Below are positions 49,909 through 63,840 of a DNA stretch of 64,000 bases, piece by piece. Positions within the stretch are counted from its first letter, which is position 1, and every line of letters starts with the position of its first letter. Made by a program: the position numbers and the translations under genes. This DNA is from Mobula birostris. Lineage: Eukaryota. The DNA is taken from assembly GCF_030028105.1 (NCBI RefSeq), contig NC_092384.1:4011665-4075664 (forward strand). The letters run 5' to 3'. The notes beneath the pieces were generated by a model that saw nothing but the letters and a program-made list of their open reading frames with translations, made no database searches and had not been told where the DNA came from.

Positions 49909-50214
49909 CTGTTCCCTCTCCTCTGAAGATCGTATCTATGCGATCGGCAAAATCTTCATCTGCTTTCCTGATACTCCAATGCAGAACAGCTGCTTTTTAT
50001 CCAAAAGAATTTAACCTCACCTGGCATAAAAATGGTACAGAGGTCCAGCATGGAATCAAACATGAACAATATCCAACTGTAGGGGGATTATATGAAGTTA
50101 TCAGCTCTTTGGAAGAGTCACAGCCAGTCAAGAAAGGCACGGTTTATGCATGTCAAGTTCACCATATTTCGACATCAGTTCCAGCAACTGCCAACTTCAC
50201 GGTTTCTAAAGAAG
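49909..50214 (+). CDS. IgSF gene exon 3: C1-set Ig domain (102 aa)
   Basis: Long pyrimidine tract plus ttcAG and donor GTAATG, phase 1/1; LQC..AFYP, LTWHKNG and YACQVHH C1 signatures. Confidence 0.92.
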
Positions 50215-50329
50215 GTAATGCCTTACAGTGGACATTTTAATTGATGGAAATACGTTGAAATGTTTCAGGCAAATGTAAGCCGTTTTTCAAGCAGCCGGTT
50301 GCATATGTTAGTCCCGCTCCCAGAGGCCA

Positions 50330-53300
50330 GGAGGCATCTTTCCACCAGTCATGCGCACAAACGCTGACTGCTGAAGGAACTCAGCGTTGAAGATCGTGTG
50401 CAGCATTTCCCAGAGCAAAAAAAAAAGTATACCTCTTTGGATACTGCTGGGTTGGGGAGAGGGGGTGACCCATGAGATCACGGCAACAGCTGCCAGGCTG
50501 GTGGCACTGTGGGCGGATCTGAAGCTCAACAGGGAAGGGCAAAGTAAAACAGTGTGGTAGTTATAGGGGATTCGATAGTTATGGGGACAGAAAGGAGATT
50601 CTTTGGCAGTAAAAAGAGCAGGATGCTGTGCTGTCTCCTGGGTGCTATGCTCCATGATGTATTGGAGTGGGTGCAAGAACAGCCAGATGGCATAGGCAGA
50701 AAAGGGAAAGAGGTCCTAGGCAGTAAGTATATAGAGTTAGGAAGTAGGCTGAAGAAAAAGACATTCGAAGTTGCAATCTACGGATTGGAACCTTTTTTGG
50801 GGAAGGGGTGATGTGCAAAATGGACGGGTTTCCCCTGAACTGGAAGGGAACCAACATCCTAGCCGGGTGGTTCACTCTTGCTACTCAGATGAGTTTAGCT
50901 AGTTTTGTAGAGGGCAGTGAACCAGAGCTCCTGGTCAGTAAGGGAAGGATCGGACCAGAAGAAAGTTGTCAGGGAAAGTACTGAGAGGGGAAAAATGGAA
51001 ATAACAGGTATGAATGATGGGAAGTATTTTAACGCTATGACTATTATGGGTAAGAGTGATGAGTGTGGATCATTGAAACAGTTGAGAGAGGGGCAGGGAT
51101 GGATGACTAATGTATCAAGTTTTCGAAGTATTAGAAAAGACATCAGAGGAGGTAAAAGGGGGGGACTGAGTTGCACTACTGATCAGGGACAATATCACAA
51201 CTGCAATCACGTGAAGGCGTAATGGATGAGTGAGACACTGAGTCCATTTGCGTGGAACTCACAAACTGGAAGGGTGCAATTGCACAGGCCGGATTGTACT
51301 TCAGACCCCATAATTGCCACCGGGAAAATTATGTAATCAGATAAGGAAATGTGCAAAAATAATAGGATTCTTGTCATGGGGGATTTCAACTTCCGTAATA
51401 TAAGCTGGAAACTTCTGAGGGCAAGGGGTTTAGATAAGGCTGAATTTGTTAAGTGTATCCAGGAAGATTTATTGAATCAGTATGTGGATGGTCCAACGAG
51501 AGAAGGGGAACGACTGGACCTGGTGTTGGCTAATGACCCTGGTCAGGTGACTGACCTTTCAGTAGGTGAACAGTCAGGAAACAGTGACGTCAACTCCTTA
51601 ACTTTCAGGATAGCTACAGATAAGGATAGGTATGGTCCTTGTGGTAGAATTATAAATTGGAGTAGGGAAAATTATGAGGACATTAGGCAGGAACTAAAAA
51701 GCATTAATTGGGACCACCTATTCTCTGATGTGCGTGTCACATCAGACACAGATGGAGTTTAAAGGTCAATTGCACAGAGTACAAGAAAGGGATGTTTCTG
51801 TTAGAAGGAATGACGGGGATGGAAAGATAAGAGAACCTTGGATGTTCAAAGAGGTGGTGATTTTAGTCACGAGGAAAATGGAAAAATATGTAAATCTTCA
51901 GAAGTTAGAATTAAACAAAGAACACGAATTATCTAAGGAAACTAGAAAAGAACTGAAGAACGGAATTAGGAAAGCCAGAATAAGCCATGAAAAGGTTGTG
52001 GGAAGTAGGATTAAGATGAATCCCAAGTCATTGTATGCATACATCAAGACAAAGAGGATAATTATAGAGAGGGTTGGACCACTCTACGATAAAACGGGGA
52101 ACACTTTCTTGGATGCAGGGAGTGCTAGTGAGGTACTTAATGAGTACTTTGTTTCAGAATTTACCAAGGAAAAGGGTATAGAGGACCAGGAGATTAGTTA
52201 GCTGACTGTTAAGTTAGGGGTTTTGGTGGTCGAGGAAGAGGGAGTGTTGGGCCTCCTTATGAGCATTAAAGTTTCCTGAGCATACTGGGATTTGTCCCAA
52301 GGTTATTGAAGGGGGCAAGAGATAAGATTACTGGGCCTTTGCCCAGTATCGTTGTGTCCTCTCTAGCCACAAGAGGGGCTCCAGATGACTGGCGAATGGC
52401 TAAAGTTGTACCTCTATTGAAGAAGGGAACAGGGGAAAATCCTGGAAGCTATATACTGGTGAGTCTCACATCAGATGTAGGGAAATTGCTGGAGAAAATT
52501 CTTACAGTTAGGATATGAGCATTTGGAAACCCGTGGCCTAATTAGGGAGAGGCAGCATTGCTATTTGCGTGTCAAGTCATAATTACCAACTTGACTGCGT
52601 TTCGTGCCAAGGTGATGAGAGAGATTAGTGAGGATAGGACAGTTGATGTTGTCTACATGGATTTTGGTGAGATATTTGACAGTCCCAGATGGGAGGCTAA
52701 TCCCGAAGATTATGAAGCAACATAGGGTCCATGGCAACATGGTTGTTTGGATTCTGAACTGGCTTGTGCATAGAAGGGACATATTCAATCTGAAGGTCTG
52801 CAATTAGAGAAATTCCGCAGGAAACTGTACTGGGACATCTGCTGTTTGTGATGTAAATAAATAACCTAGATATGGATGAAAGTGTACATGGGTGGGTTAA
52901 TAAATTTGCTGATGATACCAAGGTTGCTGGAGTTGTAGATAGTGTAGAAAACTGGCAATGAATTCAGCCCAATTTTTATCAGTGGCAGATATGGGCAGAT
53001 AAATGGCAAATGGAGTTTAACCCAGATAAATGTGAGGTGCTGCACTTCAGAGGAGCAAATGCAAGCAAACAGCACACTGTTAAGAGCAAGATCCTTAAGA
53101 GTGCTGCTGAACTGAGAGATCTTAGGATCCAAGTTCATAGCTCCTTTAAATAAGCTACACAGGTCGATACGGTAGTTAGGAAGGCTTATGGGATGCTTGC
53201 CCTTATTAGTTGAAACAGTGAGTTCAAAAATCAGGAGGTTATGTTGCAACTTTATAAAACAATGGTTAGGCCTGCATTTCATACAGTCCCACTATCGGAA

Positions 53301-53820
53301 GGATGTCGAGACTTTGGAGACGGGGTATTAAAGGTTTAGCAGAATTCAGCCTCGTTTAGAGGGCAAGTGCTATCACGGGAGGCTGGTAAACTTGTTTCTT
53401 CTTCTCTAGAGCATCAGAGGCTGAGGGGAAATCTGCCAGAGATTTACAAGGTTATGAGAAGCATAGATAGAGTGGGCAGAGTATATCTGCTTTCAAGTGA
53501 TCAAATGTCTAATACCAGTGGGCATGCATTGAACGTGAGAGCGGGTAGTTTCAAGGGATCTGAGGGTCATTTATTTTTACTCTGAGAGTGGTAGGATTCC
53601 TGGAATGCACTGCTTGGTATGCTGGTAGAGGCAAATACATTAGAGGCGTTTAAGAAGTGTTTGGATAGGCACGTGGTTATAAGGAAGATGAAAGGATAAG
53701 GTCATAATGTAGGTAGGAGGGATAAGTGATAGGTTGTTTTGGATTAGCTCTTTTATCTGATTCGGTACAACACTGCGGGCCGAATGGCCTGTCCTGTGCT
53801 GTGCTGTTCTATGTTCTATG
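50330..53820 (+). mobile_element. Degenerate near full-length CR1 (ORF1 esterase, APE, RT, TTCTATG tail)
   Basis: VVIGDSIVMG; MGDFNF; LDLVLANDP; KFADDTKV; tail ctgtgctgtgctgttctatgttctatg. Confidence 0.85.
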
Positions 53821-53849
53821 TGGAGGGTTATAAACAGACGACATTTTGA

Positions 53850-54535
53850 ATAAATAGAGACCTTTTATTGGGAGTGGTCAGGAAGAGGGCATAAGCCAGC
53901 ATAGGAAAATTGACGGGCGGGTGGTGGGGGCCTGTTGTAAGCTGGCAGATAGTTGAGACTAGGTGAGAGCGAAGATGGGTGGGTAAGAACCTGAGATGTG
54001 AAAGGTGGAAGAAGCAAAGGGTTGAAGAAGATGGAATCTAACAGGAGTGGACAGTGAACCTTGGAAGAAGGGAAGAGGTGCTATAGGGAGACAGTGGGCA
54101 GGTAAGGCGAAGGGATGAGAGGGAAAACAGAATGGGGAATAGACAAGAAAGAATGAAAGAAGGGGGAGAAATTAGCAGGTTAGAAAAATTGATGTTTATG
54201 TCATCAAGTTGGAGGCTATCTACATGAAATGTGAGGTGTTGCTCCTCCAACCTGACATGACCTCATCATTGCAGTACAAGGAGGTTCAGAGATATCAGAA
54301 TATAAACTGGAAGTCCAATTGAAATAAGAAGCCAGCAGGAGATCCTACTTCTTGCATTGGACGTATCGAAGGTGCTCAACGATTGGTCCCCCAATCTGTG
54401 GCGGGTCTCACCACAGATTAAGCGTCGTTTCACCTGGAAGGTCTGACTTGGGCGTGTAGTGGCAGGCATGACACTTGTAATGCTTGCAGGAATGGATGTC
54501 ATGAGAGAAATGAATGGGGAAGGATAAATGGACAA
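53850..54535 (-). mobile_element. Penelope-like 3' remnant (GIY-YIG)
   Basis: QTFQVKRRL..CGETRHRLGD; EQHLTFHVDSLQLD.ININFSN. Confidence 0.7.
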
Positions 54536-54599
54536 GCAATATCTGCTCCCTTAACCGTACATCGACTCAGATCCAATTGTCCTGTCTATAATCTAGGGT

Positions 54600-56270
54600 T
54601 ATTCTCATTGCCCGTATCTACTGCCCCACAACACTCAGTATCCAGCACAGCATCCTCAATATCTTCTGTCTTGTTAACCACAGAGTCAACCTGCCCAGTT
54701 ACTTTGAGCGTACTATGGACTCGGACCCCAAGATCCCACTGGTCATCCACACCACCAAGAGTTTTACCATTAATACTATATTCTGCCATCATATTTGACC
54801 TCCCAAAATGAACAATTTCACACTTATCTGGGTTGAACTCCATCTGCCACTTCTCAGCTCAGTTTTGCATCCTATCACTGTCCTGCTGTAACCACTGACA
54901 GCCCTCCACACTATCCGCAACACCCCCCAACTTCTGTGTCATCAACAAACTTACTAAGCCATCCCTCATCATCATCATCCAGGTCATTTATAAAAACCAT
55001 GAAGAGTAAGGGTCCCAGAACAGATCCCTGAGGCACACCACTGGTCACCGACCTCCATACAGAATATGACTGGTCCACAACCACTCTTTGCCTTCTCTGG
55101 GCAAGTCAGTTGTGGAGCCATAAAGCAATGTCCCCTTGGATCCCATGCCTCCTTACTTTCTCAATAATCCTTGCATGGGGTACCTTATCAAATGCCTTGC
55201 TGAAATCCATATATACTACATCTACTGCTCTACTTTCATCAATGTGTTTAGTCACATCCTCAAAAAATTCAATCAGGCTCGTAAGACACAACCTGCCCTT
55301 GACAAAGCTATGCTGACTATTCCTAATCATATATACCTCTCCAAATGTTCATAAATCCTGCTTCTTAGTATCTTCTCCATCAATTTACCAAACACTGAAG
55401 TAAGACTCACTGGTCTATAATGTCCTGGGCTATCCCAACTCCCTTTCTTGAATAAGGGAACAACATTGGCAACCCTCCAATCCTCCGGAACCTCTCCCGT
55501 CCCCATTGATGATGCAAAGATGATCGCTGGAGTCCCAGCAATCTTCTCCGCACCTCCCACAGTAACCTGGCGTACATCTCATCCGGTCCCGTTGACTTAT
55601 TCGACTTAATGCTTTCCAAAAGCTCCAGCACATCCTTTTTCTTAATATCTACATGCTCAGGCATTTCAGTCCGCTGCAAGTCATGCCTACAATCACCAAG
55701 AACCCTTTCCATAGTGAATACTGTAGTAAAGTATTCATTAAGTACCTCTGCTATTTCCTCTGGTTCCATATGCACTTTCTCACTGTCACATTTGATAATT
55801 TGTATTCTTTCATGTCTTATCCTGTTGCTCTTCACATACTTGTAGAATGCCTTGGAGTTTTCTTTACTCCTGCCCGCCAAGGCCTTTTCATCGCCATTTC
55901 TGGCTCTGCTAATTTTCTTCTTAAGCTCCTTCATGTTAGCATTAGAATGTTCTAGATCTCTAACATTACCTAGCTCTCTTAACCTTTCGTAAGCTTTTCT
56001 TTTCTTTTTGACGAGGTTTACTTCAGCCTTTGTACACCACATTTCCTATACCCTACCATAACCTCCCTATCTTGTTGGAACGTGCCTATGCAGAACTCCA
56101 CACAAATATCCCCTGAAAATTCGGCACATTTCTTCCGTACCCTTCCCTGAGAATATCTGTTCCCAGTTTAGGATTGCAAGTCCCTGCCTAATAGACCCAT
56201 AATTCCCTTCACCCTTCACTTCACCTAAATGCTTTTCTAACTTGTCTGTTCCTATCTCACTCCAATGCTA
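54600..56270 (-). mobile_element. CR1 family A internal fragment
   Basis: MEFNPDKC, VYMDFSKAFDKV and DWRVANVVPLFKKG motifs. Confidence 0.85.
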
Positions 56271-56309
56271 TTGAAATTCTAGTTTCATGTAACTTGGATC
56301 AGAAGGTGT

Positions 56310-59300
56310 AGAATCAGAAGGGTCGAGCTAAGAAACTACAAAAATAAAACCACTCTGATGGGAATTACATACATATACCCAATCAGTAGCAAGAATTTGA
56401 TCTACAAATTACAAAGGGAGAGAGAAAATACATTTTATAAAAAAAACAATATTGCAATAGTCATGGGGTATTTCAATATGCAGGTCGATTGGAAAGATCT
56501 ACCTGCATATTGAAATTGGTAGTGGATCACAGGAAGGGAAGGGGTGTTGTAGAATGCCTATGCGATGGCTTTTTAGAGCTGCTCTTGTTTGAGCCCACCC
56601 GGCATCAGCTATTCTAGATTTAGTGTTGTACGACAAATTGATCAGAGTGGTTAAGGTAAAGGAACTGTGAGAAGGAGAAACTGAAGCCAGATATATCATT
56701 TCTTAGTGCATGCATGCATTTCTAAATAACAATAAACGAGGACTGAGTGTCCTCATATTCTAATATATTCCTATTACAGTGGAGTAAAAAGAATTACAGA
56801 AACATGAGAGAGGAGCTAACCAAAACTGCTTGGAAGGGAACAGAAGCAGAGGTGACAGCAGAGTACCAATGGCTAGAGTACCTAGGAGCAAATCATAAGG
56901 GGCAGGATAGCTACATCCCATCAAAGAAGTATTCTAAAGGCAGGATGACACAAATGAGGCTGACAAGAGAAGTCAAAGCCAACATATATGCCAAAAAGAG
57001 GGCGTATAATACAGCAACATTTAGTGGAACGTTAGAGGATTGGAAATCTTTTAAATACCAACAGAATGCAACCAAAGAAGTAATAAAGAAAGAAAGGATG
57101 GTATATGAGTGTAAGCTAGCCAACCATATGAAAGCAGATACAAAAGTTTCCTTAGACATAAGTATATAAAAGAGATGTGAGGGTAGATATTGGACCACTG
57201 GAAAAAAAAACCCCTGAAGAGGTAGTAATGGGGTCGAGGAAATAGTGGACGAACTAGACACATATTTTGTATCATTATTCTCTGGGGAAGACACCAGCAG
57301 TGTGCTGGAAGTTTCTTAGGGGAAGACGTGAGTGAAGTTGCCAATACAGGGGAGAAGGTGTTTGTGTAACTGAAAGGTCAGAAGTTAGATAGGTTACCTG
57401 GACCAGCTGATGTACACCCCTGCTCTCAGAAGGAGATGCCCAAAAAGATCGTAGAGGTTTTTCTAATGATATTTCGAGAATCAATGGATTCTGGAATAAT
57501 TCCAAAGGACTGAAAAATTGCAAATGCCACTCCACACTTCAATAAGGAAAAGAAGCAGAAGAAAGGAAACTACACACCAGTTAGTCTGACCTCGGTGGCT
57601 GAATGGATGCTGGAGTCGATTTTTTGAGGGTGTGCTTCCAGGGTACATGGAGGCACATGATAACATTAGCCATAGTCAGCATGGTTTCCTCAAGGGAAAA
57701 TCTTGCATGACACATCTATCGGCATTCCTTGAAGAAATAACAAGCAGGATAGACAAAGGAGAATCTTTGCATGCTGTATACTTAGCTTTTCAGAAGGCCT
57801 TTGTCAAGGTGCTACACATGAGGGTGATTAACAAAAATTAGGAACCCATAGAATTACAGAAAAGATACTAGCATGGATAAAGCATTGGCTGATTGGCAGG
57901 AAGCAAAGAGTGGGAAAAAAGTGGACGAGTCTGTGGCGTATTTGAGATTGGTCTGAATGACGTTGTGGACATTACTGAGCCGAGGATGAAGGAAGGCCAC
58001 GGTTGGGAGCTTAGCAACGAAAGATATGTTTTGTATCAAAAGGACAGGCGGGAAGGCATAGACGGTGATGTAGCTCTGTTGGTAAGATATGAAATTATAT
58101 CTTTATAAAGGGGTGACATAGGGTCAGAGAATATTGGATCTTTGTGGGTGTAGTTACAAAATTGCAAGGGTAAAAATCACTAGGGGAATCATATATAGCC
58201 TCGGAATAGTAGTAAAGATGTGGGGCTGAGATTGTAAAGGGAGTTGAAAAGGCATGAAACAAGGGTAATAGCACAATAATAATGGGGGACTTCAATATGC
58301 AAGGGGATTGGGAATATCAGGTAGGTCTTGGATCGCAAGAAAGGAAAATTCTTGAATCCATACCAGATGGATTTTTAGAGCAGCTTCTCTTTGAGCCTAC
58401 TTGGGGAAAGACTATCTCAGACTGAGTGTTGTGGAATAACCTAGATCTTATTAGGGAGCTTAACGTGAACGAACCCTTAGGAAGCAGTGATTATAATATG
58501 TTTGATTTCGTACTGCAATTGGAGAGGGAGAAATATAACTCCTAAGTATCTGTATCGCAATGGAATAAAGGGAATTACAGAGGCATGGGAGAGGAGCTTT
58601 CACAAGTGGATTGGAAGAGACCGCTGGTGGGAATGATGGCAGAGCAGCGATGGCTGTAGTTCCTGGGGGGTTTTCACAAGGCCCAGGATAGATATGTTGC
58701 ACAAAGGAAAAAGTTCTCAAATAACAGGGGCAGGAAATCGTGGCTGACAAAGGAAATTAAGTACTGCATAAAAGCCAAGAAAAGGCCACATAATGTAGTA
58801 CAAATGAGTGGATGATTGGTATCCTTTTAACATCCAACAAAAGTCAAGGATAAAAGCTATAAGAATAGGAATATGAAATATGAAGGCAGACTAGCCAGTA
58901 ATATTAGGAAGGATACCAAAAGTGTTTTTTTTTTCAGTTATATAAAGAGCAAAAGGAAGGTGGGAGTTGATGTTGGAAGACTGAGGGATGATGCTGGTGA
59001 GGTAGTAATGGGGGACAAAGAAATGACAGGTGAACTGAATGGGTACATTGTATCTGTCTTCACTGTGAAAACACTAGCAGTGTGCCAGGAGGTTCATGAG
59101 TGCCTCTGTTATTACAGAGGAACAAATGCTAGGCAAACTCAAAGGTCTTAAGGTTGATAAGTCACCTGGGCCAGATAGACTACATCCCAGAGTCCTGAGA
59201 GAGGTTGCTACAGAGATAACGGATATATTGGTCATGATTTTTCAAGAATCATTTGATTCTGGGATGGTCCCGGAGGACTTAGTTGCAAATGTTACTCCAC

Positions 59301-60720
59301 TCTTTAAAAAGAGAGGCCGGTTAGCCTAACCTCGGTGGTTGGGAAGGTATTGGTGTCAGTTGTTAAGGATGAGGTTTCAAGGTACTTAGAGACTGATGAC
59401 AAAATAAGTCAAAATCAGCATGGCTTCTGTCAAAGGACATCTTGCCTGCCAAATCTGTTAGAGTTCTTCAAGGAAGTAACAAGCAGGGTGGACGGAGGGG
59501 AGGCGATGGATGTCATTCACTTCGATCTTCAGAAGGCATTTGATAAGGTGTCACATGTGAGGCTGCTTAACAAGATACAATCCTATGGTGTTACAAGAAA
59601 GATACTGGCATGGATAGAGGAATGGCTGATAGGCAGGAGGCAGCATGTGGGAATAAAAGGGGCCTTTTCTAGTTTGCTGTCGGTGACTAGTGGTGTTCCT
59701 TAGGGGTCAGTATTGGAACCACTACTTTTCACATTGTTTGTTGGTGATTTGTATAATGGAATTGATGGCTTTTTGGCAAATTTGCTGATGATATGAAGAT
59801 ATGTGGAGGTGTTGGTAGTGCTGCGGAAGAAATGCAATTGCAACAGGACTTAGACAAGTTGAAAGAACGGGTAAAAAAGTGGTAGATGGAATACAGTGTT
59901 GGAAAATGTATTATAATACATTTAGGTTAAAGGAACAATAGTGCAGACTGTTATCTAATTGGGGAGAAGATTCAAACATCAGAAGTGCAGAGGGACTTAG
60001 GAGTCCTCATGCAAGACTCCCAGCAGGTTAAATTTACAGGCTGAGTCTGTGGTGAAGGCAAGTGCAATGTTAGCAGTTAATTCAAGGGGATAGAATATAA
60101 AAACAAGGAGAAAATGCTGTGCCGTTATAAGACACTGGTCAGGCCACACATAGAATACTGTCAATAGTGTTGGGCCGCATAAATCAGAAAGGATGTGCTA
60201 TCATTGGGGAGAGTCCAGAGGAGATCCACGAAGAAGATACCAGAAATGAGGAGGTTAACAAATGAAAAGAGTTTGGCAGCTTTGGGCCTGTACTCATTGG
60301 AACTTAGAAGGATGTTGGCAGGGTGGGGGGGCGGGGGGTGGGAGGCACGGAATCTCATTGAAACCTACCGAATATTGAAGGGACAAGATAGGGTGGATGT
60401 TGAGAGGATGTTTCCTGTGGTGGGGGTAGCCAGAACTAGAGGGCAAAACTTCAAAATTTAGTGGCAACTCTTTAGAACAGAGGTAAGATGTTTTTGCCAG
60501 ACAGTAGTAAATTTCTGGAATTCTATGCCACAGACTGCGGTGGAGGCCAAGTCCGTGCATATATTTAAGGCAGATGTTAACCGTTTCCTGATCGAGCGGG
60601 AAATAAGGATATGATGAGAAAGCAGGTGTATGGGTTGAGTGGGATCCAGGATCAGCCATGATGGAATGGCAGAGCAGACCTGATGGGCTAAGTGGCCTAA
60701 TTCTGCTACTATGTCTTCTG
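56310..60720 (+). mobile_element. Two tandem degenerate CR1 family B-like copies (about 56310-57900 and 57920-60720)
   Basis: APE restarts at about 57940 after RT motifs; DKSPGPD, DLQKAFDKV and SGVP motifs; CR1 tail near 60660-60720. Confidence 0.75.
56698..56762 (+). mobile_element. Third, tail-only copy of the AATCT-tailed retroposon
   Basis: gcatttctaaataacaataaacgaggactgagtgtcctcata; flanked by ATATATC / ATATATT. Confidence 0.7.
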
Positions 60721-60949
60721 ATCTTATGGTCTTATGGAGGGAGCATTTTTGGTCAGCTGCCGTGACTAAGGTGTTCCATAGGAGTGAGAGTTGGGACCTC
60801 TTCTTTTTACATTACATGTCAATAAGTTTGATGTAGGAATTGATGGCTTTATTGTCAAGTTTCCGGACAATTCAGGACTGAAAAGCTAATCATATAAGCA
60901 GACGTTTGATGGATCTGGGACTTTACTCACTAAAATCCGGAAGTATGAA

Positions 60950-63840
60950 ACACAGAAAAGTAGAATTCCTACAGCACAATACTGGCCCTTTGGCCACAAA
61001 GCTGTGCCGAACATGTGCTTACCTAAGAACTACGTAGGCTTACCCTTAGCCCTCTATTTTTCTAAGCTCCATGTATCCATCCAGGAGTCTCTTAAAAGAC
61101 CCTATCGTTTCCGCCTCCACCACCACTGCCGGCAGCCCATTCCACGCACTCACCACTCTCTGTGTAAAAAAACTTACTCCTGATATCTCCTCTCTCCCTA
61201 CTTCCAAGCACCTTAAATCTATGCCCTTTAGTACTAGCCATTTCAGCCCTGGGAAAATGACTCCGACTATCCACACGATCAATGGCTCTCATCATCTTGA
61301 ACACCTCCATCAGGTCGCTTCTCATACCCCGCCACTCCAAGGAGAAAGGGCCAAGTTCACTCAACCTATTCTCATAAAGCATGCTTCCCAATCCGGACAA
61401 CATCATTGTAAATCTCCTCTGCACACTTTCAATGGTTGCCACGTCCTTCCTGTAGTGAAGCGACCAGAACTGAGTACATTACTCCAAGGGGGATCTGACC
61501 AGGGTCCTATGTATGTAACTGCAACATTACGTCTCGACTCTTAAACTCAATCCCCTGACTGATGAAGGCTAATGCACCGTATGTCTTCTTAACCACAGAG
61601 ACAACCTGCGTAGCAGCTTTGAGTGCCTGATGGACTCGGACCCCAAGATCCCTCTGATCCTCCACACTGCCAAGTGTCTTGCCATTAATCTTATATTCTG
61701 CCATCATATTTAACCTACCAAAATGAACCACCTAACAATTAAATGGGTTGAACTCCATTGGCGACTTCTCAGTCCAGTTTTGTATCCTATCAACATACGC
61801 TGTAACCTCTGACAGCCCTCCACACTATCCAGAACATCTCCAACCTTTGTGTCATCAGCAAATTTACTAACCCATCCTTTCACTTTCTCATCCAGGTCAT
61901 TTTTAAAAATCACAAAGTGTAGGGAACCCAGAACAGATCCCTGAGGCACATCACTGGTCACCGGCCCCCATGCAGAATATGACCGGTCTGCAAACACTCT
62001 TTGCTGTCTGTGGGCAAGCCAGTTCCGGATCCACAAAGCAAGGTCCCCTTAGATCCCATGCCTTCTTACTTTCTCAATAAGCCTTGCATGGGGCGGCTTA
62101 TGAAATGCCTTGCTAAAATGCATACACACTACATCTGCTGCTCTACCTTCATCAATATGTTTAGTCACATCCTCAAAAAATTCAATCAAGCTTGTAAGGC
62201 ACGACTTGTCTTTGACAAAGCCATGCTGACTAATCGGAACCATATTATGCTTCTCCAAATGTTCATAATTCTTATCTCTCAGGATCTTCTCCATCAACTG
62301 AACAACCACTGAAGTAAGACTCGCTGATCTATAATTTCCTGGGCTATCCCTACTCCCATTCTCGTCCAGAACGAGGGGTCACAGTTTGAGGATAAAGGGG
62401 AATCCTTTTAGGACTGAGATTAGGAAAAACTTCTTCACACAGAGAGTGGTGAATCTGTGGAATTCTCTGCCACAGGAAACAGTTGAGGCCAGTTCATTGG
62501 CTATATTTAAGAGAGAGTTAGATATGGCCCTTGTGGCTAAAGAGATCAGGGGGTAGGGAGGGAAGGCTGGTGCAGGGTTCTGAGTTGGATGATCAGCCAT
62601 GATCATACTGAATGGCGGTGCAGTCTCGATGGGCCGAATGGCCTGCTCCTGCACCTATTTTCTATGTTTCTATGTTACTATGTTTCCCACAGTAGCCTGG
62701 GGTACATTCCATCCGGATCCGGTGACTTACACAACATGACCCTTTCCAAAATCTCCAGCACATCTTATTCCTTAATATCAACATACTCAATCTTTAAGTC
62801 TGCTGCAAGTCATCCCTACAGTCGCCAAGATCCTTTTCCGTAGAGAATACTGAAGCAAAGTCTTTATTAAGTACCTCCGCTATCTCCTCCGGGTCCATGC
62901 ACACTTTTCCACTGTCACACTTGATTGGTCCTATTCTCTCACATCTCTTCCTCTTGCGTTTCACATACTTGTAGAATGCCTTGGGGTTTTCCTCAATCCT
63001 ACCTGCCAAGGCCTTCTCATGACCCCTTCTGGCTCTCCTAATTTCTTTCTTAAGCACCTTCCTGCTCGTCGTATAGTCCTCTAGATCTCTATCGTTTCCT
63101 AGTATTTTGAACCTTTTGTAAGCTCTTCTTTTCTTCTTGACTAGATTTACGACAGCCTTTGTACACCACAGTTGCTGTCCTCTACCATCCTTTCCCTGTA
63201 CCATTGGAACGAATCTGCGCAGAACCTCACGCAAATATCCCCCGAACATTTTCCACATTTCTTCCGTAGGTTTCCCTGAGAACATCTGTGTCAAACTTAT
63301 GCTTGCAAGTTCCTGCCTGATAGCCTCATATTTCCACTTACTCCAATTAAACGGTTCCCTAACTTGTCTGTTCCTATCCCTCTCCAATGCTATGGTAAGG
63401 GAGATAGAATTATGATCACTATCTCCAAAATGCTCTCCCACTGAGGGACCTGACACCTGACCAGGTTCATTTCCCAATACCAGATCAAAAACAGCCTCTC
63501 CTCTTATAGGCTTATCTACATATTGTGCCAAGAAACCTTCCTGAACACACCTAACAAACTCCACCCCATCTAAACTCCTCACTCTAGGGAGAAGCCAATC
63601 AATACTTGGGAAATTCAGATCTCGCAGCGCCACAACCCTGTTATTATTACTGCTTTCCAGAATCTGTCTCCCTCTTTGCTCCTCGCTGTCCCTGTTACTA
63701 TTGGGTGGTCTACAAAAAACACCCAGTAGAGTTTATGAACCCTTCCTATTCCTAACTTCCACTCACAGAGACTCTCTAGACAGCAACCCCTCCAGGTCTT
63801 CCTCCTTTTCTAAAGCCATGACACTATCTCTGATCAACAG
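60950..63840 (-). mobile_element. CR1 family A (RT to APE), interrupted at 62365-62678
   Basis: ORFs 61092-62309 (RT) and 62794-63633 (GDLNF..DLVLGNEP..SDHN). Confidence 0.85.
62365..62678 (+). mobile_element. CR1 family B 3' end inserted in the opposite orientation
   Basis: Reverse complement of 19700-20000-type sequence; tail cctgcacctattttctatgtttctatg. Confidence 0.8.

Noticed and set aside
49873-49912. GGGTTTTGT as an RSS nonamer before the C1 exon
   Set aside because: No CACTGTG-like heptamer at 12 or 23 bp; it is part of the polypyrimidine tract
48709-50240. Germline-joined Ig light chain, TCR or IgNAR gene
   Set aside because: The exon layout is similar, but V lacks WYQQ/WYRQ-type frameworks and FGxGT, and C1 ends in a splice donor without the terminal Cys of light chains
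50269-50274. 6-nt micro-exon (tttcAG GCAAAT GTAAGC)
   Set aside because: The upstream intron would be only 54 nt with a weak pyrimidine tract; unsupported without RNA data
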